In this document: positions 25,444-32,000 of the stretch, one piece after another
How the letters are laid out: the number at the start of each line of letters is the position of its first letter
Position numbering within the stretch: the first letter of the stretch is position 1
DNA from: Acaryochloris marina MBIC11017
GTDB lineage: Bacteria; Cyanobacteriota; Cyanobacteriia; Thermosynechococcales; Thermosynechococcaceae
Assembly (NCBI RefSeq): GCF_000018105.1
Contig: NC_009925.1
Coordinates: forward strand, 3,300,001 to 3,332,000
Length of the DNA stretch: 32,000 nt
Direction of reading: 5' to 3'
Notes under the pieces: generated by a model
What the model was told of the DNA's origin: nothing
Seen by the model: only the letters and a program-made list of their open reading frames with translations
Databases searched by the model: none
Position numbers and translations under genes: made by a program

Positions 25444-25959
25444 GTGGCTATGCTTGGGTTGCAACCTCAAAGACTAAGTAAACAATATTGGCAGTCCAGC
25501 TTTCTCATACTTTCGATGTTGCTAGGTTTAGTCTCTGATCAGGTTCAGGCTCAGCAGCCTACTAGAGTGCGCTATTCGACTCAAGGTTGTGGTGATTTTC
25601 TAGCGAGGTGGGATAAAAAACCAGCGGCTTTGAAGTTTGCTGGCTGTGAAACAGGAGAAATGCAGCAGGTTGTTGTTCTTACTTCTCCCTATACTGTCCA
25701 GGGCACTGATGCCATCGAAATAGAGAAATTTTTGCAACGTGAATTTGGCATGGCTCCCCTTCGATTCCTCTGTTGTGGTTGGGAAGTTAGTCCTGCCAAA
25801 GGTACAGTAGCTCCTCAGTATGGACAATATATTGATTCGGAGGGAGCTAAGTTTGAAGTCTCTATGTTTTCTGGAGAAACCCTATCGAATGGCCGTGAGG
25901 CTTGGCATCAGATCCCTGAATTCCGTATTAAGGTAGAGACATATTTGGGAGAGTTTTGA
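25444..25959 (+). CDS. Secreted Cys-containing protein of unknown function, 171 aa (possibly DUF4952-like)
   Basis: ORF-track ORF, starting at GTG 25444 or ATG 25450. Signal-like SSFLILSMLLGLVSDQVQAQ. Motifs GCGDFLARWDKKP…FAGCE…LRFLCCGWE. The family name is from memory and unverified. Confidence 0.6.
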   Translation: MAMLGLQPQRLSKQYWQSSFLILSMLLGLVSDQVQAQQPTRVRYSTQGCGDFLARWDKKPAALKFAGCETGEMQQVVVLTSPYTVQGTDAIEIEKFLQREFGMAPLRFLCCGWEVSPAKGTVAPQYGQYIDSEGAKFEVSMFSGETLSNGREAWHQIPEFRIKVETYLGEF

Positions 25960-26001
25960 GTCTGATTGTCGCGGCTTAATATTGCCTGATTCAGGAGAGC
26001 G

Positions 26002-26686
26002 ATGGAATTTGAAAAAGAGCAAGAAATTGCGAATTTGCGGACTTTGAATTTGACGCCAAAGCAGATTGCCCGCAAGTTGAGATTGCGGGTATCTGAGGTC
26101 TCAGCCGTGATCCGGGTGCAGGCAGAAGAACATGCCCTTGCTCATGGCAAAACGGCTACCCTTGATCCGTTATTCGAGTGCTGGGCCAATGAAGGTGCAG
26201 TTGAACACTTCTTTGATAACCCAACGCCATCAACGGCAACCGTGGAAGATGAATCCCAGGGAATGGCGATTGTGACGGTTACCCGGAAAGCCGGCCACAA
26301 CCGTTTTGTGATTTGTACTTATCTGCTGGACTATTGGTGCTTAGGGCTTAAAGATACGATAGGGCCACGAAAGTTCAGTACCCAAGATTATGGCTATTTT
26401 ATTGACCAGGCGTGATGAACCGCCTCAAAAGATCTCCTTAGACCAAGCGCAAGCCATGGTTTATAGCATAATTGATTATGCTGAGGGGCTAGGGTTCAAA
26501 CCTCATCGCGATTTCCAAAAATCTAAAGCTCATTTAGGAGAATGGAGTAGCCAAGGCAAACTAGACTGTGGCCGCAATGGCAAACCCTGCTATTTTTGTG
26601 GGCCTTACGATGATCCGAAGAAAATTTTGAAGACCCTCACCGAAAATGTGGGTGAAGGTAATTTTGACTATGTGATCGAAGGTTAG
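26002..26686 (+). pseudogene. HTH-containing conserved protein, split by a +1 frameshift near 26410-26415
   Basis: ORF 26002..26415 (…NLTPKQIARKLRLRVSEVSAVIR…YLLDYWCLGLKDTIGPRKFSTQDYGYFIDQA*) and ORF 26390..26686 (…DEPPQKISLDQAQAMVYSIIDYAEGLGFKPHRDFQKSKAHLGEW…GKPCYFCGPYDDPKKILKTLTENVGEGNFDYVI) overlap by 26 nt in frames 0 and +1. Deleting one nt at gac cag gcg T gat gaa ccg joins them into a single ~227-aa protein. Confidence 0.7.
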
Positions 26687-26780
26687 TCTGATCGGTAAAT
26701 TGTGGTGGGTATCAGCCATCAGTTGACGACGATTCCACAACCAGGCAGGATCATCGCAAGTGTTTAGTTGGCTGTGTCCT

Positions 26781-27170
26781 ATGTCCCATGATGTGATTCG
26801 TACCGATCATGCTCCTGCACCGGTCGGTCCCTATAACCAAGCCATTCGAGCCCAGGGCGCAATAGTGTTCGCATCCGGGCAAATTGCGTTAGATCCAGCT
26901 TCGGGTGCCTTAGTGGGTGGCGATGATGTGGCCCAGCAGACGGAGCAAGTGATGAAAAATTTGGAAGCTGTATTGACTTCAGCAGGCGTAGGCTGGTCCC
27001 AGGTGGTCAAAACGACGGTTTTCTTGGCAGATATGAATGATTTTGCCACGGTAAATGGTGTGTATGCCCGTTATTTTGATGAAGCCACTGCACCTGCCCG
27101 TGCCTGTGTGGAAGTGGCTCGGTTACCTAAGGATGTCTTAGTAGAAATCGACTGTATTGCGGTGGCCTAG
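26781..27170 (+). CDS. ridA: RidA/YjgF/UK114-family reactive-intermediate (enamine/imine) deaminase, 129 aa
   Basis: ORF-track ORF trimmed to ATG 26781 (MSHDVIRTDHAPAPVGPYNQAIRAQGAIVFASGQIALDP…VVKTTVFLADMNDFATVNGVYARYF…PARACVEVARLPKDVLVEIDCIAV). A textbook RidA pattern. Confidence 0.9.
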   Translation: MSHDVIRTDHAPAPVGPYNQAIRAQGAIVFASGQIALDPASGALVGGDDVAQQTEQVMKNLEAVLTSAGVGWSQVVKTTVFLADMNDFATVNGVYARYFDEATAPARACVEVARLPKDVLVEIDCIAVA

Positions 27171-27315
27171 GGCCATTGACCCGGAACCTAAACGGATCAT
27201 CTGCAGTCGTAGGAAATTACGGCAACGCCAACCCGCATTGATGAATGAACCAGCGGTTTTGGGTTTTAAGTTGGCCAGTTCCCCTCAATCTGTCCTCTTT
27301 ATTCCTAATATCAGC

Positions 27316-28914
27316 ATGCGGTTTTTGAAGCGGAAACTCTATTGGGTGTTGGGTTTGTGTGCCTGTACCTTAACTCTTCTATTGGGCCACTTTTCTCCAT
27401 TTAGCGCTGCCTATTCGCCCCAGCCGGTCCAACCTACCTTGCAACCTCTGATTGCTTGGGGCACGCAAACCTTTGGAGGAGATGGACGCAAAGGTCGAGA
27501 TGGGGCCAATGGTCGCAATGGGACGTCCGGTCAGGAAACCCAAATCCGTCTAACGGGGTCACCGATGACGGTGGATGTGGCGGGTAGCTCTGGGACATCG
27601 GGACAAGATGGCCAGTTGGGTGAGAATGCTTATGGTTGTGATCACTCAGCTCAACCTACCCACAACCTCACAGGGGCTGACGGTGGACGAGGCGGTCGAG
27701 GCGGTAATGGTGGCCGTGGGGGAGATGGTGGCAAAGTTTGGATTTATTATGCGCAATCGGCACAACTGAAAGCCCTAACCCTAAATAATGCCGGAGGGCA
27801 AGGTGGACAAGCAGGACTCGGTGCCCCCGGAGGCTATGGGTGTGGCTGCGTCGATACCGCTTGGCAGGTGAACTATTGTGAGTGGCAGCGCTATCGCAAG
27901 CAGCGCGGCGTGGCCGATGCGCCCTGGATTAAAGATAAAACTAAGACTTATCCCTGTACAGGCAGCCAGAGAATTGATCACAAACGCCATCATCCGACCC
28001 TAGACAAGGGTAATTCCCAGTGGGCCTATCGCTGGGAGTATGGTGGTGTTTATAAGACTGAACATTTCCACTGTACGGGTGGAGCCGCGGGAAAGGATGG
28101 TCAGGATGGTCAAGCTGGTCGAGAGGGGCGATACGGTCAGGTGGTGATGGTTCCGCGTGAGGATATTCCCCAAGAAAAAGTGCAGTACTATGCCCCGCTG
28201 GAACAATTGATGGGTCAGCAGGTGGACTTGGTGAAAAATATTTGGACTGAGAAAAGTGGATTGCGATCGCAACTCCATCCCAATTCCAAAGTCCCTGATA
28301 CCTATACCTATTTGGATTCCACCGCCCGTCTCAACTACCGTATCGATTGGAATGCACCTAAGTCTCCCACTGAATTAGAGGTGAGCGATACCAAAATAGG
28401 TGCAACCATTCAGGTGCAAAATAACCAAGGTCAACTGGATTTTGAGCTGCCGGGAACCCTGGAATATCAGTTGAAGCAACAGGACCCACTGACGGTCATG
28501 ACCATTACGGGCGGGTTTTCACCTAATCGAGTCCAGTCCTTCCGCATTGATGAGGAGGCGAGCCAACGACAGGTGGGGCAGTTGGTATTGGTGGATGATG
28601 GGGATGTGCGATCGCTCCTCCAAAACACCAAACTGAAAGTCACCTGTCTCAGTAAACAATCTGCCAGTGGCCTGAAAACGGATACTTATCAAGTCCGCCA
28701 TAGTGTAGAGCTGCGCGTGCCTCCGATAGGCCGATCTAGTGATGGCGTCGGGGTAGATAAGAATGTTTATACCTTGAATGTGCAACCCTTTTTCAGTGCA
28801 TGGCTAAAACCGGGCTATGACATTCAATACCAAGTAAAGGTTGAGCAAACGACCAAAAGTAATGCGGTCTATACCCAAACCCAAACGGCTAATTTACCTG
28901 TTCCTTTGTCATAA
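27316..28914 (+). CDS. Secreted protein with five short Gly/Asp/Arg-rich collagen-like modules and a C-terminal beta-rich region, 532 aa; no family recognised
   Basis: ORF-track ORF 27157..28914, trimmed to ATG 27316. That start gives a signal peptide (MRFLKRKLYWVLGLCACTLTLLLGHFSPFSAA), whereas the longer version overlaps ridA. The five modules are GGDGRKGRDGANGRNGTSGQ-ETQIRL; GSSGTSGQDGQLGENAYGC; GADGGRGGRGGNGGRGGDGG-KVWIYY; NAGGQGGQAGLGAPGGYGCGC; GGAAGKDGQDGQAGREGRYG-QVVMV. Confidence 0.7.
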   Translation: MRFLKRKLYWVLGLCACTLTLLLGHFSPFSAAYSPQPVQPTLQPLIAWGTQTFGGDGRKGRDGANGRNGTSGQETQIRLTGSPMTVDVAGSSGTSGQDGQLGENAYGCDHSAQPTHNLTGADGGRGGRGGNGGRGGDGGKVWIYYAQSAQLKALTLNNAGGQGGQAGLGAPGGYGCGCVDTAWQVNYCEWQRYRKQRGVADAPWIKDKTKTYPCTGSQRIDHKRHHPTLDKGNSQWAYRWEYGGVYKTEHFHCTGGAAGKDGQDGQAGREGRYGQVVMVPREDIPQEKVQYYAPLEQLMGQQVDLVKNIWTEKSGLRSQLHPNSKVPDTYTYLDSTARLNYRIDWNAPKSPTELEVSDTKIGATIQVQNNQGQLDFELPGTLEYQLKQQDPLTVMTITGGFSPNRVQSFRIDEEASQRQVGQLVLVDDGDVRSLLQNTKLKVTCLSKQSASGLKTDTYQVRHSVELRVPPIGRSSDGVGVDKNVYTLNVQPFFSAWLKPGYDIQYQVKVEQTTKSNAVYTQTQTANLPVPLS

Positions 28915-29459
28915 ATTGCGGTTTTATACTCGATGTTCTATGAGTAAGGGATGGGGATGATCACCGGGTTTGGATTTAGGAATTCATGAGGCCCGTATGT
29001 CCTACTCTGTATTGATGAAAGCAGTGGTCTAGGGTTTATTCAGCATAGATTTCAGCGTAATACTGAGAACCGAAACCTCAAATTTAGTAATCTATCTTCT
29101 ATTGTAAAAATACTTTATAAACCAACTCTTAACGAGCTGAAAAGACGTTATTTGGTTTTGAGAGTATAGTTAATATTTCAAACTTTTACGGATGTAGAAA
29201 TCTTTCTCTTTGCGGGCACCATATATTAGTAAGACTCCAAGAAAACATGTAAATGAGCAAAGTCAGTGCTATGAACCGGATTTAAGGCTTTTAATTTATC
29301 TATTTAATCCTGTAAATAGTAGAATTTGATGCCTAATTCATTAAAAGAGATAGAAGTCAGGCATATTCTACCGATTAATAGAAAATTGCAATTAAGAAAT
29401 TTTTATTAATAGCGAGTACAGAGTCGCTGCCGAGATTCTCGTGCTCTTAGCTCATGCTG

Positions 29460-29481
29460 ATTGCGAATGTTTCAATTCGCA
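29460..29481. promoter_or_regulatory. Palindrome ATTGCGAAT-gtttca-ATTCGCA: candidate operator or 5-prime-leader hairpin, copy 2
   Basis: Same core (TGCGAAT-N6-ATTCGCA), same 9-nt distal arm (ATTGCGAAT) and same orientation relative to the downstream gene as copy 1. It ends 73 nt upstream of the ATG at 29555. Confidence 0.4.
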
Positions 29482-29554
29482 GTCGAGTTTGTGGTGCCTT
29501 CCACGCCCCCACAAGTGGACTTGTTCTGAATTGGAATGTAAGTGAGATATCAAA

Positions 29555-32000
29555 ATGGCTAGACGTCTGATCATCAACCCCCTGTTATTTCCTCATTGGG
29601 GGCAAGCCTTAACCCTCAGTGTGCTGATATCCGGTCTGTGCCCCCTTACCGCTAGTGCCACACAAAAAGCACTTATTACTCCTTTAGATCCGTTGCCTAC
29701 TTCTTTTGAGGAAGAGGATGCGTCCTCTACACCAGCAATTGTCTCTGCTCACTTCACCCCAATGGCTGACTTAGACCTTGCACTCAAGCCAAAGGCTATC
29801 TCTGGTCAGACCGAATCTAACCTGAAACAAGACCTCACCCTCGCCAGTGTTAAGGCTCAAGGCCCTTCTCCAGACGGTAACACCTCGGTATTGCCCCATT
29901 CTCCTCGCACCCTAGCCGAAGCTGGATGGATACCAAAGACTCAAACCCTTACCGCAAAACCAAACTCTCCCATTCCAGCCAACGCGACCGCTCAAGCTGA
30001 ACCCGCCTCCACAGAAGAGACTAATCTTCCTCCCCAAGCCCCTTCGGACGCTCCATCCCAGACTTTAGAAGAACCCGCACCTTCAGCCAGCCTCGACATC
30101 CCCTACTTCGTCGATGCTGAATTTCGAGGCAGCACCCGTCGCCAATTTGGCGTGCTCAACCTTCGACTCCCCTTCTTCCAAGACGAGAAATCCTTCGCTT
30201 TTGCCGACGTCCACTTTGAAGCAGGCAGCAACGAAACCTTCCTGGGGAACCTCGGTCTTGCCTATCGTCGCGTCCTCAATACCGCCGAAGAGAATCCCTG
30301 GATCCTGGGCACCCATGCCTTCTACGACACCACCCGCAGTGAAAATGGCTTTCAATATCACCAAGGCAGCCTCGGCGCAGAACTCATTAGCAAGAAATTC
30401 GAATTTCGAGTCAACGGCTACCTCCCCGGCAGTAACCCCAATACCGTTGGTCAACGCACCATCAATGATGTCCTCGGCATCCAGCCCAGAGCCAATGGCC
30501 TAGGCACTAACATCGTCCGACAAGACATTACCCTCACCGCCCAAGAACGCGCCCTCGCAGGCTTTGATTTTGAAGTCGGTCATCGTCATCACTTTAGTGA
30601 CAAAGTCAGCCTCGGTCTCTTTGGTGGCTATTTCTTCTTCGATAGCAGCGAAACCCTCAGCATCGATGGCCCCATGGCCCGTGCCCAACTCGAAGTCCAA
30701 GACCCTTTAGGTATGAATGGGGGACTCCTCCAAGTCGGCAGCCGCTTCCGCTTCGATGAAACCCGTGGATCCGAACTCGAGGGCTTTGTCCGCCTCGGAA
30801 TTCCCTTTGGTGGCCCCCAACGATCTGAACCTTTGAGCCTAACCCAGCGGTTAGCCCGCCGCCCCATTGAACGCCACTACGAAATCACCACCTTTGCTCA
30901 GGACATCAACCGCCCCATCTCCCTTACCGAACTTCAAGCAGCCGTAGTTGGTCAAAGCACCCTCTCGCCCCTAGGCCCACAGATTTCCGCTATCACATCT
31001 CAAGTTGCTCTCAACCCTGCCACCGGACAACCCCTCAATATCTTCTTTGTGGATGGCGATGGCACAGCAGGTGATGGTACCCAAACCAATCCCTTGACAG
31101 TTGCCCAGGCTACTAGCTCCATTACCCAAGCGAATGACGTTTTATTTTTCTTAGATGATGCAGGCTCCATTGATACCCAGACAGGTCTAGGAAATTCCCT
31201 TACTCTCAAAACAGGACAACAGGCCCTTGGCATTGGCACCACCCCCAACTTTGTTTTCACCGTCCCCAATCTGGGTTCAGTCACTGTCTTCGATGCCGGA
31301 CAACCCCAACTGGTCAATGGGGCGAACAACAACGTCCTCACCCTTGCCAACAACAACACCATTGACGGTCTCGCCTTCAACGGGCAAAATACAGCTCCTC
31401 GGGGAATCGCCGCCGTTACAGGCGCCACCAACACCACCATCCGTAACAGCAACCTCAGCAATTTCACCGTCGCTGGCGTTCAGATCACCCCCTCCACCAA
31501 CACCATCATTGATAATGTGGTCTTCAACAACAACGCCACAGACGTTATCGTCAATGCCGCCAACACGACCTTAACCAACGTTGTAAGCAACAACGCCACA
31601 GGTCCCGCCATTCAGATCCTCAATGCCACAGGCACCACCACCCTCACCAATGTCAATATCTCCAATTCAGGTGGAGACGGTCTCCAGTTTGCCAACCCAT
31701 CAGGAACTATCACGGCCACTAATGTCGATATCACCAATGCTGACGATAACGGCCTAGAGATTACGAGCGGAGATGGCACCTTTATCTTTGATGCCACCAG
31801 CTCGATTACCGATACCACCAATGCGGCGCTCAATGTTGTAGGTGGCACCACCACGATTACTTATAACGGCACCATTACTCAAAACAATCCTGCGAGTGCG
31901 GTCAATATCACTGACAAGACAGGAAGCACTACGACCTTTAATGGTCTAGTCACGGCCAATACGAGTACGGCACCTGGAGTAAACCTGACAAATAATACAG
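29555..32000 (+). CDS. Inverse autotransporter (type Ve, intimin/invasin-family beta-barrel) with a beta-helix-like passenger; partial, continues past the right edge
   Basis: Absent from the ORF track because it is open at the window end. Hand translation from ATG 29555 gives 815 codons without a stop. Signal peptide MARRLIINPLLFPHWGQALTLSVLISGLCPLTASA. A Pro/Ala/Ser/Thr-rich linker spans approx 29670-30090. A barrel-like region spans approx 30095-30810 (…FRGSTRRQFGVLNLRLPFFQDEKSFAFADVHFEAGSNETFLGNLGLAYRRVL…WILGTHAFYDTTRSENGFQYHQGSLGAELISKKFEFRVNGYLPGS…ALAGFDFEVGHRHHFSDKVSLGLFGGYFFF…VRLGIPFGG), matching my memory of the IAT_beta pattern. From about 31000 there are Asn/Thr-rich repeats of 20-25 aa (…TTIRNSNLSNFTVAGVQIT…TIIDNVVFNNNATDVIV…TLTNVNISNSGGDGLQF…ITATNVDITNADDNGLEI…). 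Confidence 0.8.
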   Translation, partial: MARRLIINPLLFPHWGQALTLSVLISGLCPLTASATQKALITPLDPLPTSFEEEDASSTPAIVSAHFTPMADLDLALKPKAISGQTESNLKQDLTLASVKAQGPSPDGNTSVLPHSPRTLAEAGWIPKTQTLTAKPNSPIPANATAQAEPASTEETNLPPQAPSDAPSQTLEEPAPSASLDIPYFVDAEFRGSTRRQFGVLNLRLPFFQDEKSFAFADVHFEAGSNETFLGNLGLAYRRVLNTAEENPWILGTHAFYDTTRSENGFQYHQGSLGAELISKKFEFRVNGYLPGSNPNTVGQRTINDVLGIQPRANGLGTNIVRQDITLTAQERALAGFDFEVGHRHHFSDKVSLGLFGGYFFFDSSETLSIDGPMARAQLEVQDPLGMNGGLLQVGSRFRFDETRGSELEGFVRLGIPFGGPQRSEPLSLTQRLARRPIERHYEITTFAQDINRPISLTELQAAVVGQSTLSPLGPQISAITSQVALNPATGQPLNIFFVDGDGTAGDGTQTNPLTVAQATSSITQANDVLFFLDDAGSIDTQTGLGNSLTLKTGQQALGIGTTPNFVFTVPNLGSVTVFDAGQPQLVNGANNNVLTLANNNTIDGLAFNGQNTAPRGIAAVTGATNTTIRNSNLSNFTVAGVQITPSTNTIIDNVVFNNNATDVIVNAANTTLTNVVSNNATGPAIQILNATGTTTLTNVNISNSGGDGLQFANPSGTITATNVDITNADDNGLEITSGDGTFIFDATSSITDTTNAALNVVGGTTTITYNGTITQNNPASAVNITDKTGSTTTFNGLVTANTSTAPGVNLTNNT

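Noticed and set aside
27157-27315. Long N-terminal extension of the Gly-rich protein ORF
   Set aside because: It overlaps the end of ridA and is Arg-rich. It also places the obvious signal peptide 53 residues into the protein. ATG 27316 is the sensible start.
27480-28140. Interpretation of the Gly-rich modules as a genuine collagen triple helix or as RTX calcium-binding repeats
   Set aside because: Each G-x-y run is only 5-7 triplets long and interrupted. Only one segment loosely fits GGxGxD, and it lacks the following hydrophobic position.
30083-31854. ORF-track ORFs 30083, 30114, 30500, 30628, 31000, 31227 and 31612 in other frames or on the other strand
   Set aside because: All lie inside the long open frame starting at 29555, which has barrel and repeat homology. 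Their translations are low-complexity Pro/Ser/Thr/Val-rich shadows.
1-32000. Search for CRISPR arrays, tRNA, rRNA, riboswitch-like leaders, clear rho-independent terminators and canonical defence-system genes (restriction-modification, Cas, CBASS, retron RT, Abi)
   Set aside because: I found no regularly spaced short direct repeats, no cloverleaf-like segment, no GC-stem plus U-tract in the convergent or downstream spacers I inspected, and no matching protein signatures.

Overview
The window looks like a cyanobacterial accessory region. It contains seven perfect copies of the HIP1 octamer GCGATCGC, three IS copies and two or three broken genes. Two type V secretion loci bracket it.

Left end (minus strand): a two-partner-secretion pair. 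It comprises a 1299-aa TpsA exoprotein (916-4815) and the N-terminal part of a ShlB/FhaC-type TpsB transporter (1-725, open at the window edge).

Right end: an inverse-autotransporter (type Ve) gene that starts at 29555 and runs off the window. It is absent from the ORF track and was found by hand translation.

In between, from left to right:
- a secreted trypsin-like protease fused to TPR repeats;
- an IS256-family element with an identical copy of itself nested inside;
- seven co-oriented small genes, mostly uncharacterised (an ankyrin-repeat protein, a DUF6714-like protein, an ATGA-overlapping pair and others);
- an orphan, divergent CcmK-like BMC shell gene;
- a FIST sensor gene split by an IS903-group element with a clean 9-bp target duplication, directly upstream of a GGDEF-EAL gene;
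- a run of small enzyme-family genes (DOPA-dioxygenase-like, GFA-like, VOC, DUF1993, class-V aminotransferase);
- a plus-strand run comprising a HEAT-like protein, a tandem STAS-like protein, a secreted Cys protein, a frameshifted HTH gene, RidA and a secreted Gly-rich repeat protein.

I saw no CRISPR array, tRNA, rRNA or recognisable canonical defence system.

The best candidates for something new, all needing searches I cannot run:
- a 20-bp palindrome, ATTGCGAAT-N6-ATTCGCA, found twice in the same orientation, 73 and 74 nt upstream of two unrelated start codons;
- the orphan BMC-H gene with an altered, Cys-containing pore loop;
- the immunity-island-like array of small genes upstream of the TPS locus;
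- the Gly-rich secreted protein next to the inverse autotransporter.
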